A DNA stretch of 64,000 nt from a virus: the IMG/VR virus record IMGVR_UViG_3300044641_005643; one strand, written 5' to 3'. The notes below the pieces were generated by a model. The model ran no database searches, had not been told where the DNA came from, and was given only the letters and a program-made list of their open reading frames with translations. The position numbers and the translations under genes are program-made. Positions within the stretch are counted from its first letter, which is position 1. Each line of letters begins with the position of its first letter. Shown here piece after piece: positions 55,974 to 64,000 of the stretch.

Positions 55974-57001
55974 TATAAGTAAAGACTTTCTAAATTTTGT
56001 GGTTGATCTATTATTTTTTGTATTTGAATATTACTTATGTTGGGCCTGCATGGAGCACAAAGATTAACATTTGTTTTGTTGTAAATTTCATTATGCCTAT
56101 CATTTAACCAAAGATCTCTAAAATCTCCTGTATCCCAACTGCCTAATTCAAATTTGGTATTTCCTTTTCCTTCACAACACACATATATTTTTCCATTCGC
56201 ACAGAATACAGGAAAATGATACATTTGATGACATTTTTTATAAGTTCGAGAAAGTGTTTTATTAATATTAATTTTATAATTTTGTTGATAGGTCTCACTT
56301 AAGTCTTTTAAAATAGATAATGTCGTTTCACTTATAGAGTATGCCTTATTGTTTAATATCACCGGACGGAAATAAAGAGTTCGTCCACCTAATTTCTTTA
56401 CTAATGCAAACAAATCATTAAAAGCTTCAAAATTATCATTGTGCTGATTGATTAGACATTTAAAATCAACATTACATCCTAAATCTATTAATGACTTGGC
56501 ATTGTCGCATACCTTATCAAACAAACTTTTTGAAGTTAAACTTCTTCTAATGACTTCGTATAAATTTTTTTCTCCAGCATCTATGTCTATACCAATCCAT
56601 GCAATTTTTTTTAATTTGTCAATTGAAACATTATCTCGCAGTTTATCTAAATTTGATCCATTTGTAGTTATGCTACATAAAAAACCCAAATCAATAGTGT
56701 GTTCAATAACTTTTTCGTAACCACTTAGAACAGTAGGTTCCCCACCACCGGGATATGTAATAGTATGTGTGGTTCCATAACTCTTTGGGCTGTGTGATCT
56801 CCAAGTTGATATTTTATCTAACAAAGAAATATATTCTTTATAATTTTTTTGCACAGGTTCTTTTTTACGAAATTCATAGGAGTTACAGTAAAAACAATCT
56901 TGATTACACACATTCGTCAAATCAATATCTACCTGTGCAGGCAGTATTTTCATTTGATCTTTATTTGACATCCAATGCACCAATTCAGCAAATTGATACA
57001 T
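55973..57001 (-). CDS. Radical SAM/SPASM protein
   Basis: CNQDCFYC, GGGEP, TNG; C-terminal C...G.IYVCC...F.DLW...C.PC. Confidence 0.88.
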   Translation of the reverse strand: MYQFAELVHWMSNKDQMKILPAQVDIDLTNVCNQDCFYCNSYEFRKKEPVQKNYKEYISLLDKISTWRSHSPKSYGTTHTITYPGGGEPTVLSGYEKVIEHTIDLGFLCSITTNGSNLDKLRDNVSIDKLKKIAWIGIDIDAGEKNLYEVIRRSLTSKSLFDKVCDNAKSLIDLGCNVDFKCLINQHNDNFEAFNDLFALVKKLGGRTLYFRPVILNNKAYSISETTLSILKDLSETYQQNYKININKTLSRTYKKCHQMYHFPVFCANGKIYVCCEGKGNTKFELGSWDTGDFRDLWLNDRHNEIYNKTNVNLCAPCRPNISNIQIQKIIDQPQNLESLYL

Positions 57002-57525
57002 TAGATTCTTTCCACACCAGTTATTTGCATGGTATATCTAGGTTCTATTCCAATGTTTGCAGCAAAGTGAGAGGTGTTGTTGTTCCAAACTACATAGTCC
57101 CCTCTTTTCCAATTAACAAAACCTTGTCCATCAATTTCAAAATAATGTCCGCTTTTCCAATCTTCTAAAAAAACAATACAACGCCAAATTTTTGACGGAT
57201 CTTCTATATTATAAAGTTTTCTGTATGTAAGGTAACTATCATAATGTAGAGGAAACATGTTTAATGTTCGTTGGCAATAATAATTAATTGTCACATGATC
57301 CCAATCGAACATTGTTAAAAAAGGAACAGCGTACTCTGGCATATTTTTTTCTAAAGTTGGCATATTTACTGTCATGCCATTTAGTGTTACACCTACATAT
57401 CCTTGGCCACGCCATCTATCTTCGTCAAAAGTATTTTTAATTGGCAAATATTGAAAGTCTAATTGTTTAAAGGAATCATCCCACCAAGGATCAATATGAC
57501 CAAATTTGTATGAATGTGTTTGCAT
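57001..57525 (-). CDS. 2OG-Fe(II)/cupin dioxygenase-like protein
   Basis: PLHYD...FLEDW..GH...H.AANIG...RYTMQITG. Confidence 0.6.
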   Translation of the reverse strand: MQTHSYKFGHIDPWWDDSFKQLDFQYLPIKNTFDEDRWRGQGYVGVTLNGMTVNMPTLEKNMPEYAVPFLTMFDWDHVTINYYCQRTLNMFPLHYDSYLTYRKLYNIEDPSKIWRCIVFLEDWKSGHYFEIDGQGFVNWKRGDYVVWNNNTSHFAANIGIEPRYTMQITGVERI

Positions 57526-57535
57526 TATAAAATAC

Positions 57536-58495
57536 TTATTTCATGTACCATTTATAAGCGGAATCTACTATTTGATCAAGTGTAGAATAACGTGGTTGCC
57601 ATTTTAAAATGTTTTGCGCTAAACTTGCATTAGCCACAAGTTGATCAGGATCGCCTGGACGTCTAGGTCCTATCTGTACTTTTACAGGTCCATAATTTAA
57701 AATTATGTAATCTATAATTTGTTGATTGCTTATTCCTTGATTTGTTCCTAAATTAAACACTGCCCAACGACCATCTGTGTTCCATTGGATAGCACGATAA
57801 TGTGCATCTGCCAAGTCCCAAACATGTATGTAATCTCTTATACATGTTCTGTCTGGTGTAGCATAGTCGGTACCGTTCAAAGTAAAATACTGGTCATTTA
57901 TTTTAGATTCTAACAATCTGGCAATAATATGATTAGCCCCAGATTCTTGACCAAGATCATAGTTGTGGGGTTCGGCTCCGGCAGCGTTAAAGTATCTAAA
58001 GCACACACTGGCTAGTCCATATGCCTGATTATAGTTTTGTAAAATCACTTCAACGATATCTTTTGAATGACCGTACGGAGTAATAGGTTTTACCCTGTCT
58101 GTTTCAACCAATGGAACACGATCAGGGTTGCCGTACACACTAGCACTAGAACTAAAAAGAACAAGCGGTTTCTTTTTATAATCCTTAACATGATTTAAAA
58201 ATGTAATAGTCTTTGCCACATTGTTGTCATAATATTTTGCAGGATCAAGCACACTTTCTCCAACAGAAATATCTCCAGCACAATGTACAATGACATCGGG
58301 TTGTAATTCATCTAACCATAATAAACTTTGTCGTGAAACATAATCAGTATGTAAGAAACCATCAACATTTTTTAGTGTGTGATCTCTACGTTCGCGATCA
58401 ATAATATACACACTAGAGTTTTCAATGCGTTGTTTTAGATAGCGGGCGATGTGGCTACCAATGTAACCACATCCACCTGTAATTACAATTTTCAT
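57536..58495 (-). CDS. galE: UDP-glucose 4-epimerase
   Basis: TGGCGYIGSH, SVGES...P.KYY.NN, SSSA.VYG, YG.SK, RYFNAAGA, IRDYIHV.DLA. Confidence 0.9.
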   Translation of the reverse strand: MKIVITGGCGYIGSHIARYLKQRIENSSVYIIDRERRDHTLKNVDGFLHTDYVSRQSLLWLDELQPDVIVHCAGDISVGESVLDPAKYYDNNVAKTITFLNHVKDYKKKPLVLFSSSASVYGNPDRVPLVETDRVKPITPYGHSKDIVEVILQNYNQAYGLASVCFRYFNAAGAEPHNYDLGQESGANHIIARLLESKINDQYFTLNGTDYATPDRTCIRDYIHVWDLADAHYRAIQWNTDGRWAVFNLGTNQGISNQQIIDYIILNYGPVKVQIGPRRPGDPDQLVANASLAQNILKWQPRYSTLDQIVDSAYKWYMK

Positions 58496-59700
58496 TAATA
58501 CTTGCTTTCGTGCGTGTGTTTTCTGTAGTCTGTACTCATTCGCAACCAGGATTCTCCGTTGCCTTGGAGAATATCGCAGATCCTGTCAATTGTGAGATCA
58601 TTCCACGCACTGAATCGACCCATGTTTGGGTGCGGATGTTGTAAGAGGGGTACAAGTTTTTGTAGTGCATCTCTAATCGACCACGGGACATAAAGTCTTT
58701 CGCTATCATTTGCAAAAGCTTCTGGGAAACTTCTGTAGGCGGGGTATAATATATTAGCTCCAAGAGCGTCCGCTTCGCTTGCAGTATTTGAAACCCAATC
58801 CTGAAGAGCACAATTAAATAACACTCGCGTATCGTTGAGTAAAGCATAGTAATCATTCTTTTCAAGATCTTCATACACAGTCAGTTTTCCTTCGGCCTGC
58901 AGTCTGCGAGTACGATCCATGTAACTGCTATTGTTCGACCGCAATTTACTACCACTAAACACACAGAATTCAACTTGAGGCCAATTGTTATAAGGCATTG
59001 CTTGAAGTCTGTGATACTCTTCAATCAAATCCATGTAGAAGTCTGGTTGCTTCTCTTGATCCCAACGTGCTGCAAATCCCACACGGTACGCTCGATCTGC
59101 AAACTTTTTGAGTTCTCCGGGCACACGACCGCGAACTTCGTCCTTACCAAATGCCAATCCACTAATGTTATAAATCTTGCCCTTCCAGCCTGCAACCTTC
59201 ATGTGCATGACCATTTCTTCATTGGTAGCAAGAACAATGTCAGCAAAACTATCTACCATCTTTTCATAATGCCCCATCCATTCCTGCATGCCCCATACAT
59301 GAACAAAGTCATCAGGATCAATAGTTTGTGCAAGACAACGAACGGCAATGCGAGGACGCATATCGCTAGGCACTTGATCGAGAATGTAAGGTAGGCTCTC
59401 GATGCCGGGTTGAAACATGTCTTCAAAGTAGATAACATCTTCACTGGTAACTTCTCCTGCTTTCATCTTGCGAACCAGATTCATAAGTTGGCTCATGCCA
59501 AAATATGTACGACCGTGTGCATCCAACACTTGTCCTGTAACAATGGCTTGGTCATTGCTCAGTGTTTCGCCGGGTACAATTTCATAATTGATACCACGAC
59601 GTTCAAATACAGCACGATTCCACTCTTGCAATTGTAGTGTGTATCTTGCTTTGTAAGGCTCAAGGCCCATGTACCATAACTTACGCATCTCTCCACTCAT
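58495..59700 (-). CDS. GT-B-fold glycosyltransferase
   Basis: VGFAARWDQEKQP and C-terminal FN.ALQDW......EA..LG...LYP...SFPE resembling the GT4/Glycos_transf_1 signature; ATG at 59700 coupled to the upstream stop. Confidence 0.7.
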   Translation of the reverse strand: MSGEMRKLWYMGLEPYKARYTLQLQEWNRAVFERRGINYEIVPGETLSNDQAIVTGQVLDAHGRTYFGMSQLMNLVRKMKAGEVTSEDVIYFEDMFQPGIESLPYILDQVPSDMRPRIAVRCLAQTIDPDDFVHVWGMQEWMGHYEKMVDSFADIVLATNEEMVMHMKVAGWKGKIYNISGLAFGKDEVRGRVPGELKKFADRAYRVGFAARWDQEKQPDFYMDLIEEYHRLQAMPYNNWPQVEFCVFSGSKLRSNNSSYMDRTRRLQAEGKLTVYEDLEKNDYYALLNDTRVLFNCALQDWVSNTASEADALGANILYPAYRSFPEAFANDSERLYVPWSIRDALQKLVPLLQHPHPNMGRFSAWNDLTIDRICDILQGNGESWLRMSTDYRKHTHESKY

Positions 59701-59960
59701 AGCCAGCCCCCAGCTCTCGCAATACCAATTGCGCCAACAAAAATCCAGAAACCATTTAACAATGTATAGGCCTTGTCTTTCTTTAACATAGCACAATAAG
59801 TTAATAATATAGCGTCTAAGGTATTAACGATCCAAACTAACATAAATGGGCTAGCTGGTCCTAACCATGACACTAAACTAAAACAAAAAATACGCATAAC
59901 TACCCCAGCCATTTCCATCTGAGATATATTATTTTTAATGAAGTCAGTGATTAATTTCAT
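59697..59960 (-). CDS. Small membrane protein
   Basis: 87 aa, three hydrophobic segments. Confidence 0.6.
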   Translation of the reverse strand: MKLITDFIKNNISQMEMAGVVMRIFCFSLVSWLGPASPFMLVWIVNTLDAILLTYCAMLKKDKAYTLLNGFWIFVGAIGIARAGGWL

Positions 59961-60175
59961 GTGCGTTCTTTTTTAGCATACCACATGTTGCGCGGTTCAC
60001 GACCTTTGAGACTGCGTTGAAAATCACCCCAGGGAGTTTTTTCATTGTATAGATGACGTTCGTCAAACGGGTGTCCGTATTGCACACAAAATTCACGATA
60101 ACGTTCGAGGTCATCAAAAATTTGATTGACTTCGGGTTTCATAGTCAAATACTTCTTAAGCCATTTAGCGGCCAT
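59957..60175 (-). CDS. Hypothetical protein
   Basis: 72 aa, IFDDLE.YR.FC..YG..FDE..LY; AGGAG SD. Confidence 0.65.
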   Translation of the reverse strand: MAAKWLKKYLTMKPEVNQIFDDLERYREFCVQYGHPFDERHLYNEKTPWGDFQRSLKGREPRNMWYAKKERT

Positions 60176-61151
60176 TTCGTTCTCCTTGGAAGTGTTGTTT
60201 AAGCTGAATAATTATTGGATCAAAAATTAATTTTTTAATATCGTTTGATATAAGTCTTTGTTGATTATATAGTCTTCTTTGATAAGTTTCAAATTTAATT
60301 TGTTCATGATCTAAAGTTGCTAAATGATCTAAGACTTTATGCATCTGAATAATTCGATGTTGCCAATCGTCGATGTTGTCATAGAATTGATGATCAACAA
60401 TATCATCAAATACATCAAATCCTAAATTTCTAAGAAGTTGCACAGCACCTTTTCTTGCGCATAATATTGGAATTTGTCCTACATGAAAAACTTTGTAGGT
60501 TTTTTCGCTAATATACAAATCCTCAACAGTATTTTCGGCAACAATATGAAATAGGCTTTCTTGGTACACTGGAAGATCAACAGCATACATAGACTCTACT
60601 ACATCAGTTTCAACAGTGGGCCATGTATAGTACTCTTGTTCAATTTGTTTAACAAATGAATAAAATTCTGTATCTTTTGCATACCAGTTAAGTTCAAATG
60701 GTGAATGTAATTTGAATTTAGAAATAAGAATTTGGTTAAAATATGATTTTTCTTTAAGTTTTAAATAGTTAAATATTTTTCCCGGGCGATAATTATTAAA
60801 ATTTCTTGATGCACAGGAAAAAAGATAATTTGTCTTAATTAGGCTAATATCTCTGATAATAATTGACTGAGTAAGCCACATAAACAAATAAATGCAGTAA
60901 TAAAATATATTGTTTTTTGGTTGAGTTATAAATTCTGTATCAAAAGTAAAAATAAAAACATTTGGTCCTATATTTTCCGGTATATCTAATTTACCATGGA
61001 ATTTATACAAAAAAATTATATCTTCTGTGGATGAATAGATATAATCTTCAACTGGAAAACATTGGGCCTTCTTTATTATCTCGAATAAATCTTTATCGTA
61101 GTTTTTAATGTATTGAACTAATGGTAAAAAATGAGAATTGTCAACCCACAT
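60165..61151 (-). CDS. GT10/fucosyltransferase-like protein (low GC)
   Basis: FHIVAENTVEDLYISEKTYK....QIPIL; paralog of 32435..33601. Confidence 0.5.
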   Translation of the reverse strand: MWVDNSHFLPLVQYIKNYDKDLFEIIKKAQCFPVEDYIYSSTEDIIFLYKFHGKLDIPENIGPNVFIFTFDTEFITQPKNNIFYYCIYLFMWLTQSIIIRDISLIKTNYLFSCASRNFNNYRPGKIFNYLKLKEKSYFNQILISKFKLHSPFELNWYAKDTEFYSFVKQIEQEYYTWPTVETDVVESMYAVDLPVYQESLFHIVAENTVEDLYISEKTYKVFHVGQIPILCARKGAVQLLRNLGFDVFDDIVDHQFYDNIDDWQHRIIQMHKVLDHLATLDHEQIKFETYQRRLYNQQRLISNDIKKLIFDPIIIQLKQHFQGERNGR

Positions 61152-61153
61152 TG

Positions 61154-61588
61154 TTAGATTTTTATTGATAGAGAGGGTTGATGAGTTGCGTAAGTGATAG
61201 TACAACCGTTTTCGTTGTCTTCACTTACACTGATTGTGACATCGCGTCCAGGATACCTGTCGGCAATTTGAATATACAAATCATCTGCGATCATTTCGCA
61301 GCTTTTGTAATCTAGTTCTAGAACCGCGTTCCCACCACTATACAGCCCTTCCAACCATCGTTTGAATTGGATGAACTCGATTTCCCGATCATTATGGAAC
61401 ACATCGATTGACACCCTAAAGTGGAAGATGTGACGATGAGGGTAACCAAGAAAACTAACGTCCGCAAGACCAGGATCCTCCAATGCTGCTGGGTATTTAT
61501 GAACGCCTTCCTTTTGAAAGGTAACCCATATTTGTCTTGCAGCACGGCCCATAATTCTATCAGCAGTTTCTCTTTGTTCTTGATTCAT
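61154..61588 (-). CDS. dpdL: QueD-paralog T-fold protein, DpdL-like (candidate CDG decarboxylase)
   Basis: LGYPHRHIF matches the LxxxHRHxF signature I recall for DpdL; also DR.IEF, SCE.IA, V.ED.ENG; lies in the dpdA/folE/queD/queE locus. Confidence 0.65.
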   Translation of the reverse strand: MNQEQRETADRIMGRAARQIWVTFQKEGVHKYPAALEDPGLADVSFLGYPHRHIFHFRVSIDVFHNDREIEFIQFKRWLEGLYSGGNAVLELDYKSCEMIADDLYIQIADRYPGRDVTISVSEDNENGCTITYATHQPSLSIKI

Positions 61589-62100
61589 CGAATAACCTCA
61601 TCGTTTGTGTATTTTGACCAATCAGTAAAACAATTTTCTCTTTGCATTAAATCGTGGACACTATGACACCAGACACCAGGATTGGTGCCTGCAAAGTCTT
61701 TGTCATCAAGTTTAATTGTAGCATTATATCCTAGTTGTTGTATATAGGGCAATTTAACCGATATCATTGGAATGAATTTGTGATATTCTGTCAAACTGGT
61801 TTCTCTCAATCCTTCTACTTCACTAACAGCTAGATCCAAAGTGCACCAATAACCGCGACTTATAAAAGGCATGATCATATTTTCCCAACGAGTCCAATCT
61901 GAACTAGTAGATCTTCCGTTTGGAAAACTTTGGTTAGCACCAAAATATATGTGTGTGCATTTATGTGCAATTGCTGCGGCGTCAATTAGGTCTTTGTCTT
62001 GTACGCCAACTACAAATAATGTTTTTTGGCCGTATGCAGGAGTGTGTTCAACTTCTGATCCTACAAAAAGTTTTGTATTCGTATGTCCTTGTCTATTCAT
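61585..62100 (-). CDS. Conserved hypothetical protein between dpdA and dpdL
   Basis: EVEHTP..G..TLFV, HIYFGANQSF, K.DD.DF..TNPGVW.H motifs. Confidence 0.6.
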   Translation of the reverse strand: MNRQGHTNTKLFVGSEVEHTPAYGQKTLFVVGVQDKDLIDAAAIAHKCTHIYFGANQSFPNGRSTSSDWTRWENMIMPFISRGYWCTLDLAVSEVEGLRETSLTEYHKFIPMISVKLPYIQQLGYNATIKLDDKDFAGTNPGVWCHSVHDLMQRENCFTDWSKYTNDEVIR

Positions 62101-62305
62101 TACCGTATCCAATTCTTTGTGTGTCCTCTTCCCATTGTAGTCGATTTAGTTTGCTGATTTCATCTTTAAGCAGCAACTTTTTCTTTTTTAATTCTGCTAA
62201 ATGTTCTACATCAACTCCTGGATGATTTGTTTGCATTTCGTTTATTTGTTTGTCGAGTAATTTATGCATTTCTTCTAAATGTTTAATTCTACTTTTATAA
62301 CTCAT
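62093..62305 (-). CDS. DUF465/YdcH-like small coiled-coil protein
   Basis: L...H..LD.QI......LKKKKL.LKDEI. Confidence 0.7.
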   Translation of the reverse strand: MSYKSRIKHLEEMHKLLDKQINEMQTNHPGVDVEHLAELKKKKLLLKDEISKLNRLQWEEDTQRIGYGNE

Positions 62306-62306
62306 A

Positions 62307-63845
62307 TCACTCCTCCAAATGAGATTGAATTAGATTTGATGCCTCTTGATCTGACATTTCATTTTCGTCATCTTCAACTACTTCAAACAGTGCATTGAAC
62401 ATTGTGTTACTGTTTTTGGTTTTTTTACCTTTAAATCCTCTTGTGCCAACAATGTCCATCCAATATCTTTCATAATGTTCAATGATAGATTCGGAAGTTG
62501 CTCTATCTGGTGCTGCAAATATAGCCTCAACAATGTCTTCAAATTTTGAATGATCACCATTGCGATACCATAACATGGCCGGTCTTTGTCCAGAATCAAA
62601 AGTTCTATTGGCTCGTTGCACACTTTCAATATGCATCCAAACATTATGACTCATCATTAATGCGTAACTAAAACTATCCCAACTGGTGCGACCTTCCTTT
62701 CCGTTTTTGTTTAGATCACCAGGCTTGTATATACAAACGTCTTTTATTGATAAATGCTTGCTAACGGGCGATTCATCAAACACATCAAAAATTCCATCCT
62801 GCAATACTGCGTCTCGAAATGTTCTGGTGTCTGTAGCGTATTTCTTGTCGTCGGCACTGGGTGACATTCTGTAACACCATTTTGCGTCATGAGGCAAGTC
62901 AATTTGATGATACATCTGTCCGTTGGCTGTGGCCAGAAACGGACTGGCACAATCAAAACTGATAGTAAAAGCAGGATTGACATACTTGCGTACTGCTCTC
63001 TGTACTACTGTTAATAATACTGCCCATTCTAATTTACTTGTTCCCAAAAAGTGCATCCAATCATGCACGCCTTCTTGAAGAAGGTTATCGTATTTTAACG
63101 CAATCAAACGTTTCAGCACAAGATGTATATCACACATGTTCTGTCCGCCCATAGCCCATCCGTCAAAATGTGTGTCTGGGTACTTGGCAGGATCACAAAA
63201 CTCTTTCATTTCTTCGTACCACTCATTGGCACTGGTATGATTGTCGCCTTGTAAAACATTTAAAAACTTTGCACCACCATTTTTCTTACCTCGACGATGC
63301 TGCATGAAATAGTTGTTGTTGAACTTTGTGGCATCAACGGCTTCTTCGAGTGTTGATATACCACAAGCGGCACTTGCCTTCTTGTCATGTATTACCCAGG
63401 TGGGAATATCAAGAATCATGCCATAATCAGCAATCCCATCGAGCCATTTAAGAACTGCTGAACGTTTTTTTTCAGCCTTGGCACAACCTGAGTTGGCACG
63501 CCAGTCACCTTCCCACAAGCCCTTGGCAATTTGGAATCCACCCGAATCACCTAGCATGAAAGTGCCGGGCTCGCGTTTGCGAACCATATCTTCACTGGCG
63601 TCTTCTTTGTTGAGATCTAGGTTGGCGTGACCACCTGAGTACAGACTCCATCTGTAAGGAAACAGGGCCTGTTGGCTGTTGAGCCAATTGAACTGTTCCA
63701 TGTCTTGTAACGCCGGTGGCATACGAGCAGGATCAACATAGTCATTACTAACACGTTGCTTTCCTATAAAAGTTGCGTAAAAACCAGAAATAGCAGGCAA
63801 GAACACTGCATAATCTGATTGTTTTACTGTTAAATTATCCTGCAT
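62307..63845 (-). CDS. dpdA: TGT-fold DNA guanine transglycosylase (DpdA-like)
   Basis: DSGGFQ, M.LDIP, NVLQG, GWAMGG, HFLG, SFD.ASP and HN motifs of the TGT fold; no CxCxxC zinc site; phage context with folE/queD/queE. Confidence 0.8.
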   Translation of the reverse strand: MQDNLTVKQSDYAVFLPAISGFYATFIGKQRVSNDYVDPARMPPALQDMEQFNWLNSQQALFPYRWSLYSGGHANLDLNKEDASEDMVRKREPGTFMLGDSGGFQIAKGLWEGDWRANSGCAKAEKKRSAVLKWLDGIADYGMILDIPTWVIHDKKASAACGISTLEEAVDATKFNNNYFMQHRRGKKNGGAKFLNVLQGDNHTSANEWYEEMKEFCDPAKYPDTHFDGWAMGGQNMCDIHLVLKRLIALKYDNLLQEGVHDWMHFLGTSKLEWAVLLTVVQRAVRKYVNPAFTISFDCASPFLATANGQMYHQIDLPHDAKWCYRMSPSADDKKYATDTRTFRDAVLQDGIFDVFDESPVSKHLSIKDVCIYKPGDLNKNGKEGRTSWDSFSYALMMSHNVWMHIESVQRANRTFDSGQRPAMLWYRNGDHSKFEDIVEAIFAAPDRATSESIIEHYERYWMDIVGTRGFKGKKTKNSNTMFNALFEVVEDDENEMSDQEASNLIQSHLEE

Positions 63846-64000
63846 AAAATTTAATTGAGTTGATGAGTTTGTAATCTTCGACAAAATATTTTTCTAGATT
63901 ATAAAGGTATTTAGAATTTTGTTCAATGGCTTTTGTAAAAATAGTTTTAAACTTTTTTCTTTCCGGATCGTGATCTGAAATATGTTGATAATCATAATTG
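63835..64000 (-). CDS. 3' end of a CDS running off the window (possibly sulfotransferase-like)
   Basis: Translated by hand: ...NYDYQHISDHDPERKKFK...LEKYFVEDYKLINSIKFYAG*; stop overlaps the dpdA start region. The functional guess rests only on a Y..D..L-like tail. Confidence 0.4.
   Translation of the reverse strand, partial: NYDYQHISDHDPERKKFKTIFTKAIEQNSKYLYNLEKYFVEDYKLINSIKFYAG

Noticed and set aside
62307-63845. Host-like tRNA-guanine transglycosylase (tgt) for queuosine
   Set aside because: It lacks the CxCxxC zinc site, is much longer than and divergent from bacterial Tgt, and has no queA/queF alongside; a DNA-acting DpdA fits better.
1-64000. tRNA/rRNA genes, integrase, transposase, introns or inteins, alternative genetic code
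   Set aside because: Intergenic gaps are almost all under 120 nt with no cloverleaf seen; thyA, rnh and queE are uninterrupted; standard-code ORFs tile the window and all three stop codons are used.

Overview
A 64-kb, AT-rich, gene-dense segment of a large tailed dsDNA bacteriophage, probably a T4-like myovirus (T4-type RNase H, TATAAATA-type late promoter boxes, tail and baseplate genes). There are two arms that converge at ~35.43 kb. The + arm starts with virion structural genes (1-15.1 kb), including the 3' part of a >3,200-aa protein. It continues into a ~20-kb tailoring island: glycosyltransferase-like genes, seven tandem radical-SAM enzymes with N-terminal Cys-rich (twitch/SPASM-like) domains, SGNH-like proteins, a carbamoyltransferase, an APS-kinase-like protein and a dCMP deaminase. 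The - arm, read from 64 kb leftwards, carries a 7-deazaguanine DNA-modification locus (dpdA-like transglycosylase, dpdL-like T-fold protein, folE, queD, queE, a PRTase; no queC in the window). This locus is interleaved with glycosyltransferases, galE and a low-GC sugar-tailoring cassette. RNase H follows, then a block of small early genes with sigma70-type promoters, a MoxR-AAA/VWA pair, folA, thyA and an epimerase. Most notable: (i) a possibly new, further-decorated deazaguanine DNA modification; (ii) a ~0.7-kb early-gene island strongly depleted of GA/TC dinucleotides, which may be a modification-free zone; (iii) the seven-gene radical-SAM array; (iv) a riboswitch-like leader on queD; (v) a nested 'Russian-doll' repeat architecture in the giant structural protein. 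I saw no tRNA, rRNA, CRISPR array, integrase or transposase. All calls come from motif recognition by eye, with no database searches.
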